Source: Nitrospirota bacterium
Lineage (GTDB): Bacteria; Nitrospirota; UBA9217
Assembly (NCBI GenBank): GCA_963741205.1
Contig: CAVUHW010000008.1
Coordinates: 197,045-261,044, forward strand
Direction: 5' to 3'
Length of the DNA stretch: 64,000 bases
Shown here: positions 10,255-19,904 of the stretch, one piece after another
Layout of the letters: each line of letters starts with the position of its first letter
Position numbering within the stretch: the stretch's first letter is position 1
The notes under the pieces: model-generated
Seen by the model: only the letters and a program-made list of their open reading frames with translations
What the model was told of the DNA's origin: nothing
The model's database searches: none
Made by a program: the position numbers and the translations under genes

Positions 10255-10676
10255 TGAAACTCTATGACGGCGGTAAAATACTCATCGGGCTTCTGGTGTT
10301 CGTGGCCATCGCCACGTTCCCGTTTTATTACAATATCGGGAAGGTGAACGCCAAGCCCGAACCGAAGCTCGATACCCCGGAAATTCTGAAGATGCCGGAG
10401 CAGGAAAGAAAGTGTGTGGAATCCAAGGCGTTCATGCGGACGGAGCACATGCAGCTCCTCAACAACTGGCGCGATTCCGTGGTGCGCGACGGCTACCGGC
10501 AGTACGTAAGCGAAAATTCCGGCAAGCATTACAACATGAGCCTGCAGAACGAATGCATGCGTTGCCACTCGAACAAGAAAAAGTTCTGCGACCAATGCCA
10601 CAACTATATGGCCGTGAAGCCCTATTGCTGGGATTGCCATATCGCCCCGAAGGAGAAGGAGGATGAAAAATCATGA
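10254..10676 (+). CDS. dsrJ: DsrJ triheme cytochrome c
   Basis: N-terminal TM; CV, MRTEHM; CMRCH, CDQCH, CWDCH. Confidence 0.96.
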   Translation: MKLYDGGKILIGLLVFVAIATFPFYYNIGKVNAKPEPKLDTPEILKMPEQERKCVESKAFMRTEHMQLLNNWRDSVVRDGYRQYVSENSGKHYNMSLQNECMRCHSNKKKFCDQCHNYMAVKPYCWDCHIAPKEKEDEKS

Positions 10677-11521
10677 GCATGGATAGAAGACAATTCCTGA
10701 AGATAGCCGGCATTTCCTCCCTCCTGGGGCTCGGCGCGACCGCGGCGTCCGCCACGCATAACGTATGGGTCAAGGGGATCGAGCCGCCCGAGGTGGAGCC
10801 GAACCCGGAAGCGCTGAAGGCCGCGCACTGGGCCATGGTCGTTGACATGAGCAAGTTCAAGACCGAGGAAGACTTCGAGAAAACAATCAGCGCCTGCCAC
10901 ACGATCCACAATGTCCCGAACTTCAGAAATGCCGACGGCACCGTCGACATCAAGGACGAGGTCAAGTGGATCTGGAAAGCCAGGTACGAGAACGCGTTCC
11001 CGGACCAGGAAAATCCCTACATGGACGAGAAACTCAAGGAAATGCCCTTTATCGTGCTGTGCAACCACTGCGAGAACCCTCCCTGCGTGCGGGTATGCCC
11101 GACCCAGGCGACCTTCAAGCGGAAGTCGGACGGCATCGTGATGATGGACATGCACCGCTGCATCGGCTGCCGGTTCTGCATGGCTGCCTGTCCCTATGGA
11201 GCCAGGAGCTTCAATTACCGCGACCCGCGCGGAAAGAATGCAAATGGAGAACCTTTCATAAAGAGCGAGAACAAGGAATATCCCACGCGTACCAAGGGCG
11301 TGGTGGAGAAATGCACCTTCTGCACCGAGCGGCTCGCCTTCGGAAAACTTCCGGCCTGCGTCGAGGCGGCTCCCAAGGGCGGGTTGATCTTCGGCGACCT
11401 CGCGGACAAGAATTCGGAGGTCCGGAAGATCGTCGAGACCAGGTACACCATCCGGCGCAAGTCGGACCTTGGGACCGGGCCGAGCGTTTACTATCTGATA
11501 GGAGGTAACGAACATGCTTGA
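10673..11521 (+). CDS. dsrO: DsrO periplasmic 4Fe-4S protein
   Basis: Tat signal RRQFLK; CNHCENPPCVRVCP, CIGCRFCMAACP, KCTFC. Confidence 0.96.
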   Translation: MSMDRRQFLKIAGISSLLGLGATAASATHNVWVKGIEPPEVEPNPEALKAAHWAMVVDMSKFKTEEDFEKTISACHTIHNVPNFRNADGTVDIKDEVKWIWKARYENAFPDQENPYMDEKLKEMPFIVLCNHCENPPCVRVCPTQATFKRKSDGIVMMDMHRCIGCRFCMAACPYGARSFNYRDPRGKNANGEPFIKSENKEYPTRTKGVVEKCTFCTERLAFGKLPACVEAAPKGGLIFGDLADKNSEVRKIVETRYTIRRKSDLGTGPSVYYLIGGNEHA

Positions 11522-12687
11522 GAAAGCATTCGTAGGAAGTAAAAAATACTGGGCATGGGTCTTCTTCCTGGGCGCCCTGGCCGTGTCGGGAGTCTACTAT
11601 TACCTCCAGCAGTTCGAATATGGTTTGGGTATTACCGGCCTCTCCCGGGATGTTTCGTGGGGACTGTACATCGGCCAGTTTACGTTCCTCGTCGGCGTCG
11701 CGGCCTCGGCCGTGATGCTCGTCATTCCCCACTATCTGCATGATTATAAGAAGTTCAGCAAGATCGTGATCCTGGGAGAATTCCTCGCCATAGCGGCGGT
11801 CACCATGTGCATCCTGTTCATCTTCGTGGACATGGGCCAGCCCATGAGGATCATCGAACGTGATCCTTCATCCGACGCCGAATTCGGTCATGTTCTGGGA
11901 TTCGGTGGTGCTCATAGGCTATCTTTGCCTGAACCTCATGATCGGCTGGGTGACCTTAGGCTCCGACCGGAAGGGCGTGCCGCCTCCGAAGTGGATCAAG
12001 CCGTTCATCTACCTGTCCGTACCCTGGGCAGTCAGCATCCACACCGTAACGGCGTTCCTGTACGCCGGTCTCCCGGGGCGGCATTTCTGGCTCAGCGCAG
12101 TCATGGCGGCCCGGTTCCTGGCCTCGGCCTTTGCCGGCGGCCCGGCGCTTTTGATCCTCCTGGCCCTGATCGTGCGGAAAGTCACGAAGTTCGACCCGGG
12201 CAAGGAACCGATCCAGACGCTCGGGGTGATCGTGGCCTACGCCATGTTCGCCAACGTCTTCCTCCTCGGCCTGGAGTTCTTTACCGCATTCTACAGCAAT
12301 ATCCCGGGCCACATGGAGTCCTTCAAGTATCTCTACGCCGGGCTTGACGGGCATCATGAGCTTGTGCCCCTGATGTGGACCTCGAGCATCTTTGCGGCCG
12401 TATCGCTCATCATGCTCCTGATCCCTCGCATTCGTAGGAACGAAGGTTCGCTTGCTTTTGCCTGCATCATGCTGTTCATCTCGCTCTGGATCGACAAGGG
12501 CTTCGGCCTGGTTATCGGCGGTTTCGTGCCGAACATGATGAACCAGGTCCGGACCTACTGGCCCACGAGGCAGGAGTCTATCATTACGCTCGGCGTGTGG
12601 GCCATCGGGTTCCTGATCCTTACGTTCCTCTATAAGATCGCCGTGTCGGTCAGGGAAGAGACGGCGGGGATAGAAATAGAGCATTGA
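11514..12687 (+). CDS. dsrP: DsrP NrfD-family membrane protein; frameshift ~11857
   Basis: SRDVSWGLYI, VGVAASAV, WAVSIHTVTAF, WIDKG. Confidence 0.94.
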
Positions 12688-12717
12688 TAATTTGACGTCA
12701 AGCTGGTCAACGAATTC

Positions 12718-12752
12718 AGGGGCCCATCCGAATTGCGGATGGGCCCTCTTTT
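12718..12752 (+). terminator. intrinsic terminator after dsrP
   Basis: GGGCCCATCCG-AATTG-CGGATGGGCCC then TCTTTT. Confidence 0.8.
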
Positions 12753-12844
12753 ATCTTCATTTCTCTCTTGATTTTATCGGTCCTGCCGGGTAATATTAAG
12801 TGCTTTTTGGAATCTTACTTTTACCGAAGGAGGAAACAGGCCAC

Positions 12845-13030
12845 ATGTATATGGTAACAATCGACAGAGGCAAGTGCGACGGGGACGGCACCTGCACGAA
12901 TGTGTGTCCGCAGTCGGTGTTCAAGGTTGAAGGCGGCAAGGCCGACCCGGTGAACATGTCCGAATGCATCAACTGCCTGACCTGCGTGGAGAACTGCCCG
13001 CAGCAGGCGATTACCGTCACCGAACTGTAA
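12845..13030 (+). CDS. ferredoxin, CxxDxxC type (copy 2)
   Basis: 53/61 aa identical to 5566..5751; AGGAGG RBS; possible own promoter TTGATT-17-TAATAT at 12768-12796. Confidence 0.92.
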   Translation: MYMVTIDRGKCDGDGTCTNVCPQSVFKVEGGKADPVNMSECINCLTCVENCPQQAITVTEL

Positions 13031-13050
13031 TCAAGCGGCATCAATTCATG

Positions 13051-13089
13051 AAAAAGGGGGCCGGTCCATGACCGGTCCCCCTTTTTTTA
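13051..13089. terminator. bidirectional intrinsic terminator
   Basis: A-run, GGGGGCCGGTC-CAT-GACCGGTCCCC, T-run. Confidence 0.85.
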
Positions 13090-13216
13090 TTTGAAGAGGC
13101 TTTCGTCGAGCGGTGGTTGCAACTCCTTCCCTTCTATCCTTTTCAGTGAGTCCCTGTTGACCTGCGTCGCTCCCTCGCGTGCAGCTTAAAACGAGGTGGG
13201 ACCGACCGTCACTCCT

Positions 13217-13478
13217 TATACTATCGCAGCCAACTTCAGCAGCAGGAATACCAGCAGCATTTGGTCCGATTTAAAGAATTTTGTCGTATCGCTTTTCACA
13301 TCGGAAATGCTGTCGGAGCTGTCTTTAAACCAGATGTACATGGTCTTGTCGCCGTTTCCGGCGCTCAAGGTAAAATCTACCGCACGGAAATATTCTTTTT
13401 TTATCAGTGAAGGTTATCCAGTCAGGATTTGACGCGTTCGGCGTAAACTGGATGTTCAGATGCATAATATGCCATTCC
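13217..13478 (-). pseudogene. degraded fragment of an extracellular beta-sandwich repeat protein
   Basis: broken frames read YYASE...PNASNPDW...DFTLSAGNGDKTMYIWFKDSSDSIS...; no intact start. Confidence 0.4.
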
Positions 13479-13598
13479 GCCCATTTCCTTTCGCCAGCCG
13501 CCCCACCGGGAAAGGACAAAAACATCCATTTACGCACAAAAAGGGCGGCCTGAGAAGGCCGCCCCTGTTTTGAATTCCGGATGCAATTTTTTCCGCTG

Positions 13599-14372
13599 CT
13601 AATCCTTTTTCGCGACCAGCTTCTGGAACGCCGAGAGCAGGTCGATCGGGAGCGGGAAGATGATAGTGGAGTTCTTCTCCGAAGCGATCTCCGTCAGGGT
13701 CTGGAGGTAGCGGAGCTGGAGGGAGGTCGGGTTCTTGCTGATGATCTCGGAAGCCTCGGCCAGCTTGGAAGCTGCCTGCAGTTCGCCTTCGGCATGGATG
13801 ATCTTTGCCCGCCGTTCGCGTTCCGCCTGGGCCTGAATCGCGATCGCGCGCTGCATCTCTGCGGGCAGATCCACGTTTTTCACTTCCACGGTGGTCACCT
13901 TGACCCCCCACGGTTCCGTCTGCTGGTCGATCACTTTTTGGAGCTCGGCATTGATGGCCTCGCGGTTCGAGAGCAGGTCGTCGAAGGTGTTCTGGCCAAG
14001 GATGCTCCGAAGGGTGGTCTGGGCGATCTGGGACGTTGCGTAATAGAAATCCTCGACCTCGATAATGGCCTTCTGCGGGTCGATGACCCTGAAGTAGACC
14101 ACGGCGTTCACCTTCACGGTCACGTTGTCCTTGGTGATCACGTCCTGGGACGGGACGTCCATGGTGACCGTCCTGAGGCTCACCCTCACCATTTTCTGGA
14201 TGCCGGGCCAGAGGAAAATGATCCCCGGTCCCTTGACGCCTTCTTCAATGCTGACCTTGCCGAGGGTGAAGATGACGCCCCGCTCGTACTGTTTCAATAT
14301 CTTGATGATGTTGTACAGAATGGCTAGGAAAACGATGATGGTGAAAAGAAAACCTGTGGCAAAGATCTGCAT
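13599..14372 (-). CDS. SPFH/stomatin (slipin) protein
   Basis: [45 protein letters not shown]. Confidence 0.95.
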   Translation of the reverse strand: MQIFATGFLFTIIVFLAILYNIIKILKQYERGVIFTLGKVSIEEGVKGPGIIFLWPGIQKMVRVSLRTVTMDVPSQDVITKDNVTVKVNAVVYFRVIDPQKAIIEVEDFYYATSQIAQTTLRSILGQNTFDDLLSNREAINAELQKVIDQQTEPWGVKVTTVEVKNVDLPAEMQRAIAIQAQAERERRAKIIHAEGELQAASKLAEASEIISKNPTSLQLRYLQTLTEIASEKNSTIIFPLPIDLLSAFQKLVAKKD

Positions 14373-14390
14373 GTGAAACCTCCTTTAGTA

Positions 14391-14468
14391 GCGATGCGAG
14401 TTGCGTGTTGCGAGTTGCGAGGTAAAAGATATTAACCCGCAACCCGCACCCCGCAACCCGCAACACGC
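14391..14468. repeat. inverted heptamer-repeat hairpin
   Basis: (TTGCG[A/T]G)n ... (CCCGCA[A/C])n between nfeD and stomatin genes. Confidence 0.75.
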
Positions 14469-14471
14469 TTT

Positions 14472-15818
14472 TTATCCTGTCTTTTTCACTTTCACCTTCA
14501 GCCCTTCAACGGCGACGACCTTGACTTTCTCTCCCTTCTGGATCGGCTCGTCGCTCCAGGCGCTCCAGTACTCTCCGCGCATGAATACCTGGCCGTCCGC
14601 AAGGATGTCCGTTTTGGCTACTGCCTGCATGCCGATCATGCCTTCTTTGCCCGTGGTGGGCTTTTCCCGGTAGACCCGCACGGCAACGGTCACCGTGATG
14701 ATGAACAGGATCGCTGATACGGCGACGGCGGGTATGATCACGGCCCAGGATATCTGCAGAGCCGGCGATGTGGAATCGATAAGCATGATCGAACCCAGCA
14801 GCATGGAAACGGTGCCCCCGATGCCCAAAACGCCGTGGCTCGTTATGAACGCCTCGGCGATGAAGAGGCTGATGCCGATGATGATGAGGATGAGGCCCGC
14901 GTAGTTGATGGGAAGGGTATGGAGCGCGTAAAAGGCGAGGACCAGGCAGATCGCTCCAGCCACGCCGGGGAAGATCGCGCCCGGGTTCGAGAGCTCGAAG
15001 TAGAGACCGTAGAAGCCGAGGATCATCAGGATGTAGGCGATGTTGGGATTGCTGATGATTTCGAGGAGACGGTACCGGAAGCCCATCGGGACTTTCTTGA
15101 CTTTCGCGCCCTCGGTCTGGAGTGTCTTGTTGCCGATGACGAGGTTGACGGTCCTGCCGTTGATGTCCTTGACCAGGGTATCGATGTCGGGAGCGACTAA
15201 GTCGATCACGTGTTCTTTGAGGGCCTCGGTCATCGGTTATCGAAACGCTTTTTCTCACGGCCTGTTCCGCCCATTTCGCGTTCTTTCCCCGCTTCTCGGC
15301 GATTCCCCGGGCCATGGCCGCCAGATCATTGACGACCTTTGTTTCCATGGTCTTGTCCATCTTGCCCTGCATCGTGACGGGATGGGCCGCGCCCATATGC
15401 GTCGTCGGCGCCATGGCGGCGATGTTGGCCGCGAGGGTGATGAACACTCCCGCCGACGCGGCCCTGGCGCCGCTCGGAGCGACATAGACCACAGTCGGCA
15501 CGTTGGCATGCCATCATCTTCATGACGATCTGCTGCATGGAATCAACGAGGCCGCCGGGCGTATTCAACTGGATGATGATCGCCTCGGCCTTGCTGTCCT
15601 GAGCCCTGTCGATGGATTTGACGATGTATTCGGCGACAACGGGTGTGATGGGCGCGTCTATCTCGATCAGGAAGATTTGTTTCTGCGTCTCGGACGACGG
15701 CGGGGGTCGGCGTCTTTCCGGTCTTCAGTTTTTCGGCTGAGAGGGACTTTTCCACAATACCGGAAAGGAACAATGTGAAAGAGAGAAACAGGAACAGCCA
15801 TCTCGCGTTTTTTTTCAT
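14472..15818 (-). CDS. NfeD / stomatin operon partner protease; several frameshifts
   Basis: NTPGG, RAASAG, MAPTTHMGAAHPV, ELSNPG, C-terminal OB domain (GEYWSA); adjacent to stomatin gene. Confidence 0.9.
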
Positions 15819-15963
15819 TTACTCGCGCCTCGCAATAAAAAAAGTATATCCGTATTGAACGATGCTGTCAAGAAGTGCTTGACTCACAAAGGATTTTTCT
15901 GTAGCATCGGGTCACATACAAGCGGAAAATAGCCATCTTTATCTTTTCACAGGAAGATGCGGC

Positions 15964-16497
15964 ATGAGAATTACCGGCGGCACAGGCAGGGGAAGGCGCT
16001 TAAAGGTCCCAACGGGCCCGCGCGTCAGGCCCACCTCGGACAAGGTAAAGCAGGCCCTCTTCAACATCATCGGCGACCGCATCGAAGGCGCGACCTTTCT
16101 CGATCTTTTTGCGGGCGCGGGCGGCATCGGCATCGAAGCCTTGAGCCGCGGCGCAGGAAGGGTCGTGTTCGTTGATGACTCGCGCGAGTCGTTGAACGCC
16201 GCAAGGAGTAACGTCGAACAGGCCGGCTTCTCCGACCGGGCGCAGCTTGTACTCTCCACTGCGGAGTCGTTCCTCACAAAACCGTCGGGACCCTATGATA
16301 TCGTGTTCCTCGATCCGCCGTATGCCATGGAACTGGCTCCCCTCCTCGGACTCATCGCCGGCTCCGGTACCCTGAAGCCCGGCGGTGTCGTCATCGCCGA
16401 GCACTTCAAGAAACAGCCTTCTCCTCCTAACGCAGGAACTCTTAAGCTCTACCGCGAAGCGAGGTACGGCGACACGATCCTGGCCTTTTATCGATGA
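15964..16497 (+). CDS. rsmD: 16S rRNA m2G966 methyltransferase
   Basis: MRITGG, RPTSDKVKQALFN, LDLFAGAG, EALSRGA, DPPY. Confidence 0.95.
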   Translation: MRITGGTGRGRRLKVPTGPRVRPTSDKVKQALFNIIGDRIEGATFLDLFAGAGGIGIEALSRGAGRVVFVDDSRESLNAARSNVEQAGFSDRAQLVLSTAESFLTKPSGPYDIVFLDPPYAMELAPLLGLIAGSGTLKPGGVVIAEHFKKQPSPPNAGTLKLYREARYGDTILAFYR

Positions 16498-16550
16498 GGA
16501 ATGGCCAGAGCGTCCTCATCACGGATATGTTCAGCGACACTGCATCCCGC

Positions 16551-17093
16551 CTACTTCCCCCCGCCTGAAGAACCGCGGCCGCCAGCTCCCATGTCTTGTT
16601 GCTTTTCTACGTCAGGAAACAACCTGATATAAGCCCATACAGTGCCCTTTTGAAGCGAATAACTGACTTTGACCACATCGGGAAAACCGAACACTGTGGG
16701 CATATACAGGGGTCTTACTTCATAGCCGATGGTGCCGCCCGTGTCATCCAGAACTTTTCGTATCTCCGTCCGCCAGATTCTGTTTGTGCTGCACCTGACG
16801 AACCGGTCAGCCTCGCTGAGCGCCTCAGCAGCAGGGACGCCTTTCTTCACCGTATAGGAAGTGTCGAGATCGTGGATCTGGACCGGGTACCTGCTTCCCT
16901 CATCGACGAGGATGGCGACCTGCTGTATCTGGGCGGGATAATGGCATCCGTACAACAGAAGGGTGTAGGTGCCTTTTACTTCAGCCGGGTCTGCCGCGCC
17001 CGTCGGGAGCTGTTTGCCCGCCATGCAGGCCTGCAGCATGGCCGCAAGGACCAGGATGAAAGTCGTCCTCACTATACTGTTCATTGGTTTCAT
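16551..17093 (-). CDS. hypothetical lipoprotein
   Basis: signal peptide with lipobox LQAC. Confidence 0.75.
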   Translation of the reverse strand: MKPMNSIVRTTFILVLAAMLQACMAGKQLPTGAADPAEVKGTYTLLLYGCHYPAQIQQVAILVDEGSRYPVQIHDLDTSYTVKKGVPAAEALSEADRFVRCSTNRIWRTEIRKVLDDTGGTIGYEVRPLYMPTVFGFPDVVKVSYSLQKGTVWAYIRLFPDVEKQQDMGAGGRGSSGGGK

Positions 17094-17220
17094 ACCGTTC
17101 TTACCCCCATCATTCTTCCGTAGCATACTTTATTATACCGCTGTTACACCGAACCCGACAAGGGCTCCGTTCAACATCTTGAAGCCTTCATTGCTGAAGA
17201 CACGTTACGTCCGGGAACTG

Positions 17221-17248
17221 TTGACATTCATTCCTATTTCTGTATGAT
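17221..17248 (+). promoter_or_regulatory. sigma70 promoter of response regulator gene
   Basis: TTGACA-16-TATGAT. Confidence 0.65.
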
Positions 17249-17371
17249 GGTATTCGCCCGATCGTATCGTGTTCCACCGGCCAGGCGGGGCCCGATCAAC
17301 ACGACCCCGCGACCGGCGAAGAGTCAGTAACCGTATGGTAAGAACGCTTAAGAGGAGGATCGGACGACACG

Positions 17372-17752
17372 ATGACGTCATGGTCGGATAAACGGATATT
17401 GGTGGCCGATGATTCGCAGACAATGCGGATGCTCCTCCTGTTTCACCTCTTCAAGATGATGCCGGGTGTGAAGATCACGGAGGCCGTGAACGGCGCCGAC
17501 GCCCTCGAATGGCTGAAGAAGCATGACGTTGATCTCATCCTCACCGATATGAACATGCCGGTAATGGACGGCGCGGGGCTGATCGCCGCCGTGCGGCAGG
17601 AGCTCAAGCGGGATACTCCGATCATCATCATTACCACGCGGGGCGAGCAGCACGACCGGGACCGCGGCATGCTCGGCGGCGCGAACGGCTATGTTACGAA
17701 GCCGATCGATGTCCTCCAGTTCAGGGAGATGATCCGAAAGTTCATTTCCTGA
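17372..17752 (+). CDS. single-domain CheY-like response regulator
   Basis: ILVADDS, DLILTDMNMPVMDG, IITT, YVTKP. Confidence 0.93.
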   Translation: MTSWSDKRILVADDSQTMRMLLLFHLFKMMPGVKITEAVNGADALEWLKKHDVDLILTDMNMPVMDGAGLIAAVRQELKRDTPIIIITTRGEQHDRDRGMLGGANGYVTKPIDVLQFREMIRKFIS

Positions 17753-17855
17753 CCCTGGCAGGTTCGTGGGGAGGCGGCAGAATACCTCGACGTGTCTTCT
17801 CAATATTTTCTGAACCGGTCGTCCCAAGCCTGTCGAAGAATAATTTGAAAAAATT

Positions 17856-18962
17856 ATGCTTACCTCCATCATCTCCCAATTCGTCATTCCGGGAACTCTC
17901 GTCAAGGCCGGGCGCTTCGGCTCGGGCCTGATCAACGACACCTACCTCTGCGAGTTCGCCATAAACGGCACTGTGCGCAAATACATTCTCCAGTGCATCA
18001 ATACGGCGGTGTTCAAGAAGCCCGAGCAGGTGATGGAGAACGTGGAGGTTGTAACGACGCATATCGAGCGGAAGCTGCGCGCGGCGGGCGTCGCTGACCC
18101 CTTTGCCGTTACTCCCGCGCTCATCCCTACCCGTGAGGGTCGATGGTACATCCGCGACGATTCTGGTTATTATTGGCGCATGTTCCATTTCATCGAATCC
18201 GGCATCGTATACGATACCGTTCAGGACGCGCATCACGCCCGGGAGGTCGGCCGCGGCCTCGGGAGATTTCAGTCGCTCGTTTCCGATCTTCGGCCCGAGC
18301 TGCTGCACGATACCCTCCCGGGATTCCATCATACGGTGACGTATCTTGAGGGGTACGATCTGGCTCTCTCCGCTGATGTGGGGCACCGCAGCGCGGAGAC
18401 CGGGAAGGAACGCACATTCGTGGAGGCGAGGCGCGAACTGGCGAACACCCTGACCGGACCTGTCAAGTCGCTCGAGATTCCCTTGCGCGTCGTGCACAAC
18501 GATCCCAAGGTGAACAACGTCATGGTCCACAAAAAGACGGGCGAGGCGCTCTGCATGCTCGACCTGGACACGGTCAAGCCCGGCATCGTACACTTCGATT
18601 TCGGCGACTGCGTGCGGTCGGCGGCCAATCCTGCGGGTGAAGACGCGAAGGACCTGAAGGACGTCAGGATCGACATGGCTCTCTTCGAAGCCATCACGGC
18701 CGGATACCTTCAGGAGGCGGCCTCGTTCCTCACCCAAAAGGAGCTCGATCTCCTGCCGGCGTCGGTCAAGGTCATTACCTTCGAGCTGGGCCTGCGGTTT
18801 CTCTCTGATTACCTCCGCGGCGATACGTACTTTAAGATCAAATATCCGACCCACAACTTGCATCGCGCGAGGGTGCAGTTCAAACTGCTCGAAAGCATTG
18901 AGGAGGCCGCGGAGAGCATGCAACTCGTTGTCTCCCGGCAGACGCCCTTTCGCCCTGCCTGA
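17856..18962 (+). CDS. aminoglycoside-phosphotransferase-fold kinase (N-acetylhexosamine 1-kinase-like)
   Basis: GSGLINDT, HDTLPGFH, HNDPKVNN, DLDTV, DFGD, RFLSDYLRGDTYFK. Confidence 0.85.
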   Translation: MLTSIISQFVIPGTLVKAGRFGSGLINDTYLCEFAINGTVRKYILQCINTAVFKKPEQVMENVEVVTTHIERKLRAAGVADPFAVTPALIPTREGRWYIRDDSGYYWRMFHFIESGIVYDTVQDAHHAREVGRGLGRFQSLVSDLRPELLHDTLPGFHHTVTYLEGYDLALSADVGHRSAETGKERTFVEARRELANTLTGPVKSLEIPLRVVHNDPKVNNVMVHKKTGEALCMLDLDTVKPGIVHFDFGDCVRSAANPAGEDAKDLKDVRIDMALFEAITAGYLQEAASFLTQKELDLLPASVKVITFELGLRFLSDYLRGDTYFKIKYPTHNLHRARVQFKLLESIEEAAESMQLVVSRQTPFRPA

Positions 18963-19028
18963 TCCTGTCCCCGCACTTTCCGTGTTATACTTCCTCAAGG
19001 ACGTCATTCCCGGCCAAGGAGGCAGTCT

Positions 19029-19325
19029 ATGAAAGCGTTTCGGTTCGCCGCAGCGGCAATCATGGTGATGTTTCTCGCTACGGGTTGTCTCTATACTCAT
19101 GTGCTGATGCCCTATGACACGAACCTCGACAAGACGATGCTCGGTCAGAGGACGGGAAAGGCTTCGATGCATTCGGTGCTGTGGCTCGTAGCGTGGGGTG
19201 ACGCGAGCTCGGCAGCGGCCGCGAAGCAGGGCGGCATCACCACCCTGAACCACATGGACCGGGAGTTCCTGAATATCGTGTTCGGCATTTATACCAAGAC
19301 GACCACGATCGTATACGGTGACTAG
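19029..19325 (+). CDS. TRL-like family lipoprotein
   Basis: lipobox ATGC; GKAS..SVLWLVAWGDAS..AAAKQGGIT, TIVYG. Confidence 0.8.
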   Translation: MKAFRFAAAAIMVMFLATGCLYTHVLMPYDTNLDKTMLGQRTGKASMHSVLWLVAWGDASSAAAAKQGGITTLNHMDREFLNIVFGIYTKTTTIVYGD

Positions 19326-19336
19326 CGGAGGCGGAC

Positions 19337-19651
19337 ATGAAACGGATTGCATTCGTTCCAACGCTCTTCATCGCGGGTTTGCTGGTCTCCGGCTGCAGTG
19401 TGGGGATCCTTTATACCCATACGTGGCAGCCTCTTACGGAAGATGTGCACCGGACACCCATTGCGCAGAGTAAAAGATCAGGAGATATAAAACATATCCA
19501 ACTGCCGTATGTCGGCGTGGCGTGGGACAGCACTGCCTTCGGCGATATCGCTAAAAAGAACGGTATCAACGAGCTGTACTTCGCCGATCTGGAGACCTTG
19601 CGAGTGCTCACTATTTGGGGCCAGGACACGGTCCATCTGTACGGAAAGTAA
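19337..19651 (+). CDS. TRL-like family lipoprotein (paralog)
   Basis: lipobox VSGC; AW..AFGDIAKKNGI, VHLYG. Confidence 0.75.
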   Translation: MKRIAFVPTLFIAGLLVSGCSVGILYTHTWQPLTEDVHRTPIAQSKRSGDIKHIQLPYVGVAWDSTAFGDIAKKNGINELYFADLETLRVLTIWGQDTVHLYGK

Positions 19652-19904
19652 GAAAGGGACTGAAAACGGGACGGCATAGGGAAAGGGGATGGGAAACCAG
19701 GCCCTCTTTTTTTGCGAGCGCCGTCGGCAGCTTTTCGTCCGGCTTGCAAGCCTGCCGGCGTTACGATTCGACGATCTCGTAATCCGGGATGACGTCGCAA
19801 TTGTTCTTGATCATGGCCCACATCGGGCAGACTGGCAGTATCGTTGAGAAGCACCCGCTTTTGGAAATCCATGGCAAAAAAATAATTTCATGCTATAATC
19901 CGCC

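Noticed and set aside
13091-13215. Possible ncRNA downstream of the dsr cluster
   Set aside because: No recognisable tRNA, 6S, tmRNA or riboswitch motifs and no convincing long helix by eye.
17242-17300. Fluoride (crcB) riboswitch suggested by GATGGTATTCGCC
   Set aside because: The 5' GGNG strand and the downstream GCUGAUGAC element are missing, and the match overlaps the -10 box.
17742-19361. Long antisense ORFs (e.g. 17742..19361, 30839..32512, 34496..35989, 42090..43301)
   Set aside because: Shadow ORFs opposite well-supported genes, expected in GC-rich DNA; no motifs.
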